Shown here: piece by piece, positions 9,905 to 20,740 of the stretch
Numbering within the stretch: position 1 is the first letter of the stretch
How the letters are laid out: every line of letters begins with the position of its first letter
Source of the DNA: a virus
Strand: one strand, 5' to 3'
IMG/VR virus record: IMGVR_UViG_3300043466_003163
Span: 24,590 to 88,589 of that record
DNA length: 64,000 bases
The notes under the pieces: generated by a model
The model's database searches: none
Seen by the model: the letters and a program-made list of their open reading frames with translations, nothing else
What the model was told of the DNA's origin: nothing
Made by a program: the position numbers and the translations under genes

Positions 9905-11208
9905 TGAATAATTTTTATAATGATAGTACAAATACTAATGTAATCCCAATTATAAGGGTAGGTGAAGTAATATCTATTGCGGATACAACTAAATCAGGTA
10001 GAATTAAAGTTAGAATAACAGGCGTTGATGATACAGAAAGTGATAAAAGTTTAATTGATTGTGTACCATTAATACCAAAATATTTAATTACGTTACCTAA
10101 AGTAGGTGAATGTGTTTTTGTTTTTCAATACGAACATAATGATTCATCACCGACAGCATCTTTCAAAAACAAAAGATTTTGGATTGGTCCGTTAATATCT
10201 CAACCAATTAAATTAGATGGTGAAACATACAATTCATCACTTTCAATTTTACCTGATGGGTATAGTAAATTAAAAGATCCTAATTTAGAAATTGGTGCCT
10301 ATGGTGATGATGAAGATGTAATTTTACAGGGTAGATATAATACTGATATTATACAAAAAGATAGACAAATTTGGTTAAGGGCTGGTAAAAATATAGAAGG
10401 TTCTGTAAATAAATTTAATGATAAAACTTTAGGTTATGTCCAAATAAAATTTGGGGGAGAAAAACTAAAACGTACTTTAGTTGATAAAGAAATTGTCACA
10501 TTTGTAGAATTACAACCTGATATAATAATCACAGCAACTTTGAATACAGTAACTAATTCAGGTAATATTCTTTCTGGTAATTTACCTGAAGAGTCTTATA
10601 GGGGTACAGATATTAATAGAACTGAAGTATTTATAACTATAACTGACGCAAAAACAGGTACAGTTAAAAATTCTTTTGAAAACATAAATAGCTTCTTAGG
10701 TTCAGGATCTAGAGAAAGTGCATTAGGAGCTGCAAAAACTTTTATAGATACAAATAAGGGTGCGAGATGGAAAATTAAATCTACTTCAGTAGACTTAATA
10801 AAAATATATAAGGGTGATAATGGTATTGCAACATTTACTAGTGAACCTGTAGAAGTTAGAAAAAAAATAAAAGAACTTAAATTAGAAAAAAATAAAAGTG
10901 ATAGTACCAGTGTAGTTAATATAGTGGCAAATAAAATTAATTTGATTAGTCATGATGGTGAACACACATTTAATTTAACTGACCCCAAAAATTTAATTAC
11001 TGATGACGAACAAACAAAAATAAACAATGAAGCTCACCCAATCGTATATGGTGATATTTTGGTGGAATTTTTAGATTTAGTTAAAAAATATGTACAACTT
11101 CATGTACACCCATATCATGGTTTACCTGCGGATCCGAGTTCTATAGTAACAAATGTCACAAGTTTTGATTTAAATAAGATTCTCAATAAGAATATTAATA
11201 GCAATTAA
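9901..11208 (+). CDS. Baseplate hub/central spike protein (gp5/VgrG-like OB fold)
   Basis: GEVISIADTTKSGRIKVRI..LPKVGECV; C-terminal HVHPYHG metal-binding tip motif. Confidence 0.7.
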   Translation: MMNNFYNDSTNTNVIPIIRVGEVISIADTTKSGRIKVRITGVDDTESDKSLIDCVPLIPKYLITLPKVGECVFVFQYEHNDSSPTASFKNKRFWIGPLISQPIKLDGETYNSSLSILPDGYSKLKDPNLEIGAYGDDEDVILQGRYNTDIIQKDRQIWLRAGKNIEGSVNKFNDKTLGYVQIKFGGEKLKRTLVDKEIVTFVELQPDIIITATLNTVTNSGNILSGNLPEESYRGTDINRTEVFITITDAKTGTVKNSFENINSFLGSGSRESALGAAKTFIDTNKGARWKIKSTSVDLIKIYKGDNGIATFTSEPVEVRKKIKELKLEKNKSDSTSVVNIVANKINLISHDGEHTFNLTDPKNLITDDEQTKINNEAHPIVYGDILVEFLDLVKKYVQLHVHPYHGLPADPSSIVTNVTSFDLNKILNKNINSN

Positions 11209-11229
11209 GATATTTATTAATAAAAAGAA

Positions 11230-12639
11230 ATGGTATACAGAACTTATATAGATAAAAATAATACTATTATTTATGGTACATTAATTAATACGGGTAGAAA
11301 TCCTATTGCTGAATTATATTATGGTGGTAAAGAAACTCAACCTAACTATACAAGACATTTACTTTACTTTGATGTAACCAATTTACAGGATAAATATAAT
11401 AATGGTGAGTTAGGTGATTTATCGGATGTCAAACATGTATTAAGAATGACTAATAGTTCTTTTTTCGATAGGGATTTACAAGCACAAAAATTATTAGATG
11501 GTAAACAAAGGACATCTTCTTTTGATTTAATTTTATTTAGAGTTAATCAATTTTGGGATGAGGGTTGTGGGTATGATTACCAACAAATTAGGTATCTTGA
11601 TTATGGAGGGGATATTACTTTTGTAGAATCCGCAAGTAATTGGTTAAATTCCACTACATCCACATCTTGGTCCGAACCAGGAGTGTATTCAGGTTCACCT
11701 TTAAGTAGTATTACTGTTACAACACAACATTTTGATAAAGGTAATGAAAATATTGAAATGGATATTACTAACGAAGTTAATGATTTAATAACTGGTGGTA
11801 CAACAAATTATGGTTATGGGGTATCATTTGACTATGATTTAGAAACAAAAGAAATAGTTCCAGCACAATATGTAGGATTTTTTACTAGACATACACAAAC
11901 TTATTATGAACCTTTTGTTGAAACCACATTTAATAATACTATAAAAGATGATAGAAAAAATTTTTATAGGGGTAAATTAAATAGATTATATTTCTATACA
12001 AATTTAGGGGGCGAGCCAACTAATTTAGATAATAAACCTAGTGTCACTATTAAAGATACTAATGAATCAATTATTTCTGCATTTACTAGCAATGATGTAA
12101 AACAATCAGATAAAGGAATATATTATATAGAATTATTTATACCAATAAATAATAAGGAATGTGGTTTATTTACAGATACTTGGTCAGATATAACCATAAA
12201 TGGTGTTAGTTTATCTGATATTACTTTAGAATTTGAAGTAAAAGATGATACCGAATATTACAATTTTGGTAATAATGAGTCTTTACCTATTGAATATTTA
12301 GTAAATCTTAGTGGTATTATGAGAGATGAAAAAATTAAAAGAGGTGATAAAAGAAAAGTTTTTGTAAACGCTAGAATACCATATACTATTAATGAAACTA
12401 GTGTTATAGATGGGTTACAATATCGTTTATGGATTAGAGAGGGTACAACTGAGGTTAATGTAATAGATTGGACTGATGTTAATAGGGCATATTTAAAAAA
12501 TTATTTTATTTTAGATACTTCTTGGATGATACCTAATGAATATTATGTGGATATTAAGTTAACATCTAATCAATTAGTTAAAACTTATACAAATACACTT
12601 AAATTTAGTATAGTTAATCAAATTGAGAATCTACATTAA
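11230..12639 (+). CDS. Probable virion structural protein
   Basis: Beta-rich, WDEGCGYDY and SNW..WSEPG motifs; TATTTATT upstream. Confidence 0.5.
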   Translation: MVYRTYIDKNNTIIYGTLINTGRNPIAELYYGGKETQPNYTRHLLYFDVTNLQDKYNNGELGDLSDVKHVLRMTNSSFFDRDLQAQKLLDGKQRTSSFDLILFRVNQFWDEGCGYDYQQIRYLDYGGDITFVESASNWLNSTTSTSWSEPGVYSGSPLSSITVTTQHFDKGNENIEMDITNEVNDLITGGTTNYGYGVSFDYDLETKEIVPAQYVGFFTRHTQTYYEPFVETTFNNTIKDDRKNFYRGKLNRLYFYTNLGGEPTNLDNKPSVTIKDTNESIISAFTSNDVKQSDKGIYYIELFIPINNKECGLFTDTWSDITINGVSLSDITLEFEVKDDTEYYNFGNNESLPIEYLVNLSGIMRDEKIKRGDKRKVFVNARIPYTINETSVIDGLQYRLWIREGTTEVNVIDWTDVNRAYLKNYFILDTSWMIPNEYYVDIKLTSNQLVKTYTNTLKFSIVNQIENLH

Positions 12640-13438
12640 TTGGATTTATAGTTTCAGGTAAATTAAATTTAGTATTAGATATTTTTTCTAATACATCATT
12701 CATAATTAATGTAAAAAGATTATTAATTACTTCTTTATTTAATTTTTGTGGGTATGGGACATCAAAAGACATAAAATTTTTCCATCCTTCCCCATCCGTA
12801 TTACTTTTATATTTAACAGTGATATTAAAATTATTCATATCAATAGTCTCATCATCTATATTAAAATATCTACCATCTAAAATAGTACCATCAACTTTTT
12901 TGGCGTTACAGTCTATTTCAAAACTCATACTTCTGGCACCATACTCAAAACTATTTAAATATCGTACTCTATCATTTTTTGAAATAGAAAAAGAAGGGAA
13001 TGGTACATAAAAATATAAACCTCTGTAAGAGGTATTAACATTAACATCACGATTTTCATACTCACCTAAATCCTCATTTTTGAAAGATATTTTTGTAGAT
13101 AAATTAGAAAAATCATTTTTTCTAATAAATTCTTCTAATAATTTATATAAATTCTCAAAAAATAAACTTGGCATTGGGTAATTTTTTCTATAACTATCAA
13201 ATTCAGAAAATAATTCCCTTTTATTCCAACTATATGTTCTAGTTAAAGTATATGCGTCTACATAATCTAGTTCAAAATCCTCTATTAATTCTGCCGCCAC
13301 TTCAAACATATTAAAATCTTTATCTAAACCATATTTTTTATATAACATATATAATATCTTTTTTTCAAAAGGAGAAAATTCTGTACTAACATCTATTATT
13401 TTAGACTCTAATAATATGTATTTCTTTTTTACTGCCAT
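12614..13438 (-). CDS. Hypothetical protein with short leader (MAVKKKYILLES)
   Basis: ATG at 13438 preferred; late and host promoter motifs upstream. Confidence 0.65.
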   Translation of the reverse strand: MAVKKKYILLESKIIDVSTEFSPFEKKILYMLYKKYGLDKDFNMFEVAAELIEDFELDYVDAYTLTRTYSWNKRELFSEFDSYRKNYPMPSLFFENLYKLLEEFIRKNDFSNLSTKISFKNEDLGEYENRDVNVNTSYRGLYFYVPFPSFSISKNDRVRYLNSFEYGARSMSFEIDCNAKKVDGTILDGRYFNIDDETIDMNNFNITVKYKSNTDGEGWKNFMSFDVPYPQKLNKEVINNLFTLIMNDVLEKISNTKFNLPETINPINVDSQFD

Positions 13439-13473
13439 AATCACAAATATAATAATAAATATTTTAAAAAATA

Positions 13474-13505
13474 AAAAAGGGTAGAAAAAATCTACCCTTT
13501 TTTTT
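13474..13505 (-). terminator. Intrinsic terminator after the major capsid gene
   Basis: AAAAAGGGTAGA-N5-TCTACCCTTTTT hairpin with T-tracts. Confidence 0.85.
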
Positions 13506-13522
13506 AACCTATTGATTTACGA

Positions 13523-15274
13523 TTATCTCAATTCGTTGATATCAAACGTTACTACACCGTCAACAGTTACAGTTCCGTAGAATCTGTTGTTAACCATTTT
13601 CTTAGCGTATCTCGTCATAATACCCTTCGTTGGAGCGAAGTTGAATGGATTTTGTAATGTAGGAGTCAATTGTAGAGGTACATACGGAGCGTAAATGTAA
13701 CCTGTATCTAACAATGACTTACCTTTATGTCCAACAATAATTGAGTTAGCTGGTGCGTAAGGGTCTCTATACACAGTATATCTACCACCTAATGAACCAA
13801 TTTTCTCAATACCCATATTGTACTGATCTTGCTCAGGAGAAGCGTTTGATACGTGGAAGTATTCTAAATCATCGAAAATTGCTGAAACTTCAGAAGATAC
13901 AACGATAAAGTTAGCACCAGCTCTCAAAGTAGATTTGTGGATTTGAGCTGAAATTTGGTTGATTTTAGTAATCAACGTTTGATTCCACTCTTTTTGAGTG
14001 TAAGCATTGAATCCACCACCGTTGTTAGCTCTTTTCCAACCGTTGTAATCCCATCTCAATTGCCAAGCCGCACCTTTTCTTAAATCTCTTAAGATCTCTC
14101 TATCGATCTCAGCAGCAACCTGCTCAGACAATAAAGCTGTAAGTTCAGCCTCAGCATCGATGTTATGGAATGCACTAACGTCTTGTGCTAATTCTGGTGA
14201 CCAAGTAGCTCTTAGTTTTCTTTCTGTAACTGATACTACTACTTCATCTAATTCAAAAGATACTTCACCCATTTCTGTAGCGAATTCTAATGAATCATAT
14301 CTTCTCCAAGATATTGTTAAACCTGTGAATGTTGTAGCTGAAGATGCTCCAATGTAACCATCAAAAGTTTTAGAAGCACAATCAACACAAGTTGGGTGTG
14401 TTAAATCTAATTCGATTAACAATTTACCATCTGCAGTACAGATATCACTATAATCTACAATTCCTCTACCATATTTTTGTGTAACCAATCTGAAAGGAAC
14501 TTCAGAACCAGATGCGATGATAGAATTTCCTGATGGGTCAACGATTGCTGGAGTAGAAACTACTTTCAAAGAAGATAAGAAAGTTTCAGTATCCATTTCA
14601 TTACCATCTGGACCAGTTAATCTACCAGCATTTGTAGTAGAGAAACCTGTTACTGCTAAAGTAACGTGTCTAAATGAACCGTCAGCTGCTTTTGCTTGTG
14701 CAGTAAGAGCTGTAGGAACTTGTACACCACTAGAGTTTAATACAACACCTTGGTAACCTGCAGTTGCGAAAACTATTTGTTTACCTTTTGAAGCGTCATA
14801 TAAACCATCATTATAAAACAAATCATACAATGATTTAGTTTGGAACTCAGTAAGAGTTGTTGATCCACAAGCTGAGATTGTACACTCAGGTAATGCACCG
14901 TGACCATCTAAATCTTTACCGTTCAAAGGAACTTGTGTTGTAGATGTTTTTGGTACAAAGTAGAATAATTTACCGATTGGCATGTTCATCGCTTGTACCG
15001 ATACGATATCGTTAGCCAATAATTTAGAGAATACTCTTCTTACAATTGGGAAAACAACTGTTTCGAATGATCCAGAAGAATCAGCAGAAGTTGACTCACT
15101 CAATAGAGCAGACGCTTGGTTTTCGTATAATTGTGCGATGTTCTCTTTGATGTGACCTTTTAAACCATCTAAGAAACCTAAAGAGTTCCACTTAGAGATA
15201 GTTTTAGATCTAATTTGCTTTAGGTGCTCAAGTCCGATATTACCGACTTCACCAGAATTTAACAAATGTCCCAT
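13523..15274 (-). CDS. Major capsid protein (T4 gp23-like)
   Basis: RKLRATWSPELAQDV.AFHNIDAEAEL, EIDREI, GYIYAPYVPL, FAPTKGIMTRY. Confidence 0.97.
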   Translation of the reverse strand: MGHLLNSGEVGNIGLEHLKQIRSKTISKWNSLGFLDGLKGHIKENIAQLYENQASALLSESTSADSSGSFETVVFPIVRRVFSKLLANDIVSVQAMNMPIGKLFYFVPKTSTTQVPLNGKDLDGHGALPECTISACGSTTLTEFQTKSLYDLFYNDGLYDASKGKQIVFATAGYQGVVLNSSGVQVPTALTAQAKAADGSFRHVTLAVTGFSTTNAGRLTGPDGNEMDTETFLSSLKVVSTPAIVDPSGNSIIASGSEVPFRLVTQKYGRGIVDYSDICTADGKLLIELDLTHPTCVDCASKTFDGYIGASSATTFTGLTISWRRYDSLEFATEMGEVSFELDEVVVSVTERKLRATWSPELAQDVSAFHNIDAEAELTALLSEQVAAEIDREILRDLRKGAAWQLRWDYNGWKRANNGGGFNAYTQKEWNQTLITKINQISAQIHKSTLRAGANFIVVSSEVSAIFDDLEYFHVSNASPEQDQYNMGIEKIGSLGGRYTVYRDPYAPANSIIVGHKGKSLLDTGYIYAPYVPLQLTPTLQNPFNFAPTKGIMTRYAKKMVNNRFYGTVTVDGVVTFDINELR

Positions 15275-15312
15275 TTTTATTTTTTTTTGTTTTGTTATTT
15301 TTTTATTATTAT

Positions 15313-16578
15313 TTATGAGATTCTTCTCATTAAATCTTTAATAGCTGTAATTTGAGGATCAACATATGCAGTAGATTCATTCAAATTAGTAGTCTTATAA
15401 GATTTTACTGTTTTATTAACTTTATTTTCTACAGACTCATTAATTGGTTTTGTATTCTCTAATTCAGTTTTAATTGTCTTATAGATATTTTTAGATTCTT
15501 TAATTGTTTCCGCATTGTCGAATCTTTTTAAGATATCCATTTTTTCTTTCTTAGTAGTAGAATGTTCAGTAAACAATCTATTAACGTAAGCTAAATTAGT
15601 ATTGAATAAAGCAACTTCATTAAGTTTGTCTTTGAATACGTTAAGTGCTTTTTTATACTCTTCGTTTTTATTTTTCAGCTCTTCGTATTCCTTCATTATT
15701 TTTGATTCGGAAACTGTGTTTTTGTTAGGTTTTTTAGAAATTAACGGTTTACGAACACTTCTAGATTCTCTAGCAGCAAGTCTAGCGCCATGATATCTTT
15801 GTTTACCACCAGATCTTCTGTGTCTTTGTAACTTGTCTTCTTCTAGTCTAGGTTCTTCATCTTCGCCACCTTCACCATCTTCATCGACAATTGTTTCATA
15901 CATAGATGAAAGTTCGTCTAATTGAATTTCGTAAATGGTTTCTTCGCTGTCTTCGTACATAGAACCTGAACCACATTCAGAGCAATACTCATCTTCTTCT
16001 AAACCGAATCTATCCATAGATTCCTTAATGTAATACTCTACACCTGTTTCGCGATCTGTCAAATGAATTCCTTTTTCATCTTTAACAACTTCTACTTCGT
16101 CATTATCACCTAATTTGTTTTTAAATACGTGAATAACTTCTTCGTCAGAAGCATCTGTTAAGTCTAAAACTTCTTCCCCTCCTGGTTCCTCAAAACCAAA
16201 ATCAAATTCTTCAGGTTCTTCTTCACCTTCTTCTGAATCTAAATCTAAATCAACATCTAAATCTAAATCAACAGGTTCTTCTTCACCTTCTTCAGAATCT
16301 AATTCAGATGGTTCTTCTTCACCTTCTGGAGATTCAGTCTCTTCTTCATCGTCAAGATCTAACTCAACATCTTCTTCATCATCATTGGATCCTTCTAAAT
16401 CTATATCGTCTATTTCTACTTCTTCATCTTCCTCTTTTAAAGATGACTCAACGATACTTTCAATTTCTTTCGACAAGTGTGCCGCAAGCATTTCTTTCGT
16501 GTTGGCTTTTAAGGCATCCTCTAAAGACTTAGCTTCTAGCAAAGCCTCTTCGATGATAGATTTCTTTTTTTCAGCCAT
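15313..16578 (-). CDS. Prohead scaffolding/core protein (gp22-like)
   Basis: Acidic and coiled-coil, LNEVALFNTNL; between protease and capsid genes. Confidence 0.8.
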   Translation of the reverse strand: MAEKKKSIIEEALLEAKSLEDALKANTKEMLAAHLSKEIESIVESSLKEEDEEVEIDDIDLEGSNDDEEDVELDLDDEEETESPEGEEEPSELDSEEGEEEPVDLDLDVDLDLDSEEGEEEPEEFDFGFEEPGGEEVLDLTDASDEEVIHVFKNKLGDNDEVEVVKDEKGIHLTDRETGVEYYIKESMDRFGLEEDEYCSECGSGSMYEDSEETIYEIQLDELSSMYETIVDEDGEGGEDEEPRLEEDKLQRHRRSGGKQRYHGARLAARESRSVRKPLISKKPNKNTVSESKIMKEYEELKNKNEEYKKALNVFKDKLNEVALFNTNLAYVNRLFTEHSTTKKEKMDILKRFDNAETIKESKNIYKTIKTELENTKPINESVENKVNKTVKSYKTTNLNESTAYVDPQITAIKDLMRRIS

Positions 16579-16676
16579 TTTGTTTCTTTTTTAGTTTTTA
16601 TTATTTTATTATTACATTTACGCTAAAATGCGTTTCCTAATAAATATGTAGTTTTTTTGAAAAAGATTAATTTTTT

Positions 16677-17366
16677 TTAATCTAATAAAAAATTGTTTAA
16701 ATTATTTTTTAATAAATCTAAATCTTTTTTAGTTTTTGATTCTGACATTTGTTGTTCTCTAGATGGTTCTTCACTATAAATCCAAGAACCAGGTGTAGAT
16801 GGTGAAGTTACAATATCCCAACAAATAAGTTCATAATCATCCTGAACTACATTTTTACCACCTTCTTTTTCTAATGAACCTACCCCTCTAGATGAAACAC
16901 CAATTTTTAAACCTTTTCTTAAATAATTTGCTACCCTATCTCCTTCACAAGAAATAATTCCTTGATTGACAAATCCTGGTGACATTATGATTTCTAATTT
17001 ACCCATCAATATATTACCTTCCCACCATAAGTCTACAACATTATGTGAAATTCTACTTACCGCAACTATTGACGATTCTGGGTGATCAGCTTCACCTAAT
17101 GCTCTTTTTTCTTTTATAAGTTTAAGATAGTTTTCTGCTTCCCTTCTTAGAATTGCTTCGGGATATACTCTTTCATTTCTATTCTCTACACCGTATTTTT
17201 GCATAACGGCATAAACAACTAAAGGTTCTTCTATTATAGGTGTACCTTCAGTTAATTTATTTACTTCATTTACAAAGTGTCTATTATCTTTAGGGGAAAT
17301 ATATCCTGCGTCATATTCGATTAGGATTCCCTTTTTTCTAAAGTCATTCTTTTTTAAGATTTCCAT
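16677..17366 (-). CDS. Prohead protease (T4 gp21-like)
   Basis: NRNERVYP, ALGEADHP, GVSSRGVGSL, DIVTSPSTPGS. Confidence 0.95.
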   Translation of the reverse strand: MEILKKNDFRKKGILIEYDAGYISPKDNRHFVNEVNKLTEGTPIIEEPLVVYAVMQKYGVENRNERVYPEAILRREAENYLKLIKEKRALGEADHPESSIVAVSRISHNVVDLWWEGNILMGKLEIIMSPGFVNQGIISCEGDRVANYLRKGLKIGVSSRGVGSLEKEGGKNVVQDDYELICWDIVTSPSTPGSWIYSEEPSREQQMSESKTKKDLDLLKNNLNNFLLD

Positions 17367-17412
17367 AATAATGATATAGTTTTATTATAAATATATCATT
17401 ATCCTAAAAAGA

Positions 17413-17850
17413 TTATTTTTTAGTTTTATAGAATTTAAAAATAGAATTATTTTCAAAACAGTTATTTACTACATCGTAAATAATTGTTTTTGTGTGGTCA
17501 ATTATGTTTGGTTGATTTAATGATAAATTTTTCTTTTGATAAAGTGTTATCTCACAAGACATAAAACTTCTTTTATTAATATCAAAACCTGAAGTTCTCA
17601 TATCTAAATCCACTATGTATCTATCACTATAGAAATAATCTTTATTTAGAGTATTATTTAATTTTTGTTTTATTTTTTTTCTGATATTACTTAAAAAAAT
17701 ATCATAATTATTTTCTTCCCCATCATTTATTATCTGTCCCCACGCAGTAAAGTTTATATACAAACTTTTTGATTCTTTATTGTTTACTGTACCAATTTTT
17801 GTTTTATAGTTGTCTAATAAATCTAATTTGATTTCTTTTCCTAATTTCAT
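17413..17850 (-). CDS. Hypothetical protein within the head module
   Basis: 145-aa ORF; own TAAATTTG motif at 17899-17906. Confidence 0.65.
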   Translation of the reverse strand: MKLGKEIKLDLLDNYKTKIGTVNNKESKSLYINFTAWGQIINDGEENNYDIFLSNIRKKIKQKLNNTLNKDYFYSDRYIVDLDMRTSGFDINKRSFMSCEITLYQKKNLSLNQPNIIDHTKTIIYDVVNNCFENNSIFKFYKTKK

Positions 17851-17932
17851 TAAAATTTTCTTTCATATTATGTTATTTAAAGTTTACATATAATAATACA
17901 AATTTATTCGTGAAATGTCAAATTATGGTAAT

Positions 17933-17956
17933 AAAAAACCCTCACTAAGAGGGTTT
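17933..17956 (-). terminator. Intrinsic terminator
   Basis: AAACCCTC-ACTAA-GAGGGTTT hairpin. Confidence 0.7.
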
Positions 17957-17959
17957 ATA

Positions 17960-18739
17960 TTAATCATTTGTGATTGTTTGTTTTAAATTATAAAACTTAA
18001 TTATGTCATCACTAAAATTATCTTTTTGATATTTAGTATTTAATAGTTTATCTTTAACTTTAAGTAACTTATCTTTTAAATCTAAATCAGATGACTCATT
18101 CAATTTAGAATCTACTGTAATTACACAATCTCTTTTTAATTTATTGTATATATCTTCTTTTTCACTATCACTACCATTTAAAATTGAGTGTATGATTTTT
18201 TTATCTGATTCATTAATATCACTATATTTGCTATTAAACTTATTTACAAATAATTTAGTTAAAACACTAGGTGGTACATTAATAGTTTCATGATTAATTT
18301 CTTCTGTAAAGATTTCATTTTTTGTAGTCATAAATTCTATTAATTTATTAGTTGCCTCATTTATTTGATTTATATTTGAAGGTGTTTTTTTAGTACTACC
18401 TAAATAAGATATATTTTTATAAAATTCATTATTTTCTTTAACAATTTTTTTACCCTTTAAAAGTTTTAATAAAGAATTGTTAGATTCATTAATTTTATTT
18501 TTATCAATAGATTTAAGTAGCTCAATATTTTCATTTAAATATTCTTTCGCCTCAAATTTATCGTCAAATTTTTTAGTCTCTAAATTCTTATATATTAAGA
18601 ATTGATCTCTAATAGTTTTATTTTCTTTTAATGTTTTTAAATACTTTCCAAATAATTTTTTACCTGATGAATCTTTTTTAATTACTGATTCAATAATTAT
18701 TTTTTTAAAAGTATCCTTTATATTACCAAAATTTTCCAT
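17960..18739 (-). CDS. Probable prohead core protein (positional gp67/68 equivalent)
   Basis: Follows portal; many [ILV]xE sites (IIES, LKEN, LNEN, INES x2, INEA, LNES). Confidence 0.55.
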   Translation of the reverse strand: MENFGNIKDTFKKIIIESVIKKDSSGKKLFGKYLKTLKENKTIRDQFLIYKNLETKKFDDKFEAKEYLNENIELLKSIDKNKINESNNSLLKLLKGKKIVKENNEFYKNISYLGSTKKTPSNINQINEATNKLIEFMTTKNEIFTEEINHETINVPPSVLTKLFVNKFNSKYSDINESDKKIIHSILNGSDSEKEDIYNKLKRDCVITVDSKLNESSDLDLKDKLLKVKDKLLNTKYQKDNFSDDIIKFYNLKQTITND

Positions 18740-18778
18740 AGATGTTTTATTTAATAAATATTAATTAATTTAAAAAAA

Positions 18779-20689
18779 TTAATCTATCATATTATCTATT
18801 TGTTTTGTTATCTCATTTATCTTAGAATTTAATTTTTCTGCACCATCCTCAAACATATCTAAACTATATACATTCTCATTTTTTTCTAAACTTTCAGTTA
18901 ATTTTTTTAAATAAATTCCTTGATATTTTTTTACCTTTTCTAAATATTTTTTATTTTGTTGTTCTAATAGTAAGTTATCCGTTTTTTTGGTTGATTCCAT
19001 AGCAGGTTCAGCACCTCCCGCAAGTTCAGCACCTCCCGCAGGTTCAGCACCTCCCGCAGGTTCAGCACCTCCCGCAGGTTCAGCACCTCCCGCAGGTTCA
19101 GCACCTCCACCAGCACCTGGTTCTGCAGCACCAGCACCTGCCATCAGTGAATCAAAATCACCATATAATCTATCAACCCTATCAAATATACCTGTCTTTT
19201 TAATAACTTCTGCAGTTTGTTCCATTTCTGCTGCCGCAGCTTTTTCTAATCTTTGTTGTTCTAAATCATTCCTTATTTCTTCCTCAGACATACCTAAAAT
19301 TTCTTTTTTGGCTCTAGTCATTGACATTGCACCAAATCCATTACCTGCGTCCGCAACTGCATCTTTATAAAGGGTTACTTTTAATTGAGTTTGTTCTACT
19401 TTAAGCATTTCTGCTTGAGTTGATGGGTTATTTAAAGTTAAAGTAAAATTTTCTAATTCATCTTCTAACCCTAAAATGTATAAATGTATGATTGCAATCT
19501 TATTTAATTCTTGCAACATAGCTTGTTGTATTCTATTTATAGTTCTAGCAAATCTTATATCTTGTAAAGCTAAATTCTTACCTTCACCATTTGCTTCCTC
19601 AAACCCTAAAAATGGTTTAGGTACTCTAAGAGCCGTAAATAATTTTTTCTGTAAATACTGAATATCCGCAATTTCAGATAAGTTAGTTGCACCAGCGAGT
19701 GTATCTATTGGGCTAGGGGCATTTGCATCTCTAACTGGAATAAAATAATCCTGATCCTGAGCCATTTGATTATAACGTGTATCTATTTGTCCTGTGTTTT
19801 GATCGATAACAGGACTTCTCTTAAAGTTATTTGCGATTTTATTAACATATGCGGGTACGTCTTGTTCATCAATGTTACCAACATAAATTTTAAATATTCT
19901 TCTTTCTGGTGCCCTTGTAACTCTATAAATTAACATTGCATCTTCAGAAAGTAATAATTGTTTCCATATTCTTCTACCTTTTTCTAACATAGATGTTCCA
20001 TAAGGTAATCTTCTATCATCACCTAATAATCTAAAGTGTGCAACTTGCCACGCATTAAATTCAACATCTCTTTGACCCCAAACAAATTTTACTGGATTAT
20101 ATTTATCAGTTTCAGCATTCATAGAATTCTCACCAAAACCTTCATTTTCTTTTCTAGTAATTTCTATATTAGGTAATTGTTTTACCCCTAATATTCCTTC
20201 TTCACTATCTATGTTTAAAAATAAAAAATTATCTCCGTATTTACAGGTATTTCTTGTCCACATTGGAAGTGAGGTGTGGATATCTAATCTATTAAAAAAT
20301 AAATCTTCTAATATTCTTCTAACTCTTTTACTTTCAGAAAAAATATTTATCATTTTATTTTCTGAATTAAGTGTAGTAGATTCTTCCATCATAATGTCTA
20401 ACGCTGCAGAAATTTCAGGAAAGAATTCCATACCCTCAAAATCTGCGTATGATGCCAATCTAGTTGTTTCATAATAAACGGAATGTTGATAAATATTATT
20501 ATCAACTTTTTGCCACATATTAGCCAAATAGGCATCTTGCTGTCTTTTTAATTTTTCAAATTCAAATTCTTCTTTTGATTTTGTTTTTAATAATTCTTTA
20601 TCGTTTAAAGAATATCTAGATTTATTTTGTTGTTTTACTTCTGGTCCAAATAAATCATTCAATTGTTGGAATACAGTTTTTCTTGCCAT
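18779..20689 (-). CDS. Portal protein (T4 gp20-like)
   Basis: LLLSEDAMLIYRVTRAPERRIFKIYVGN, DYFIPVR, IDTLAGA, LFTALRVP. Confidence 0.95.
   Translation of the reverse strand: MARKTVFQQLNDLFGPEVKQQNKSRYSLNDKELLKTKSKEEFEFEKLKRQQDAYLANMWQKVDNNIYQHSVYYETTRLASYADFEGMEFFPEISAALDIMMEESTTLNSENKMINIFSESKRVRRILEDLFFNRLDIHTSLPMWTRNTCKYGDNFLFLNIDSEEGILGVKQLPNIEITRKENEGFGENSMNAETDKYNPVKFVWGQRDVEFNAWQVAHFRLLGDDRRLPYGTSMLEKGRRIWKQLLLSEDAMLIYRVTRAPERRIFKIYVGNIDEQDVPAYVNKIANNFKRSPVIDQNTGQIDTRYNQMAQDQDYFIPVRDANAPSPIDTLAGATNLSEIADIQYLQKKLFTALRVPKPFLGFEEANGEGKNLALQDIRFARTINRIQQAMLQELNKIAIIHLYILGLEDELENFTLTLNNPSTQAEMLKVEQTQLKVTLYKDAVADAGNGFGAMSMTRAKKEILGMSEEEIRNDLEQQRLEKAAAAEMEQTAEVIKKTGIFDRVDRLYGDFDSLMAGAGAAEPGAGGGAEPAGGAEPAGGAEPAGGAEPAGGAELAGGAEPAMESTKKTDNLLLEQQNKKYLEKVKKYQGIYLKKLTESLEKNENVYSLDMFEDGAEKLNSKINEITKQIDNMID
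19002..19110. repeat. 18-bp tandem repeat (5-6 copies) encoding GGAEPA in the portal tail
   Basis: GCAGGTTCAGCACCTCCC repeated. Confidence 0.9.
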
Positions 20690-20740
20690 TATATTTTTTT
20701 CTTTATTACTATTATAATAAATATTGTGGAAAATTAAATA

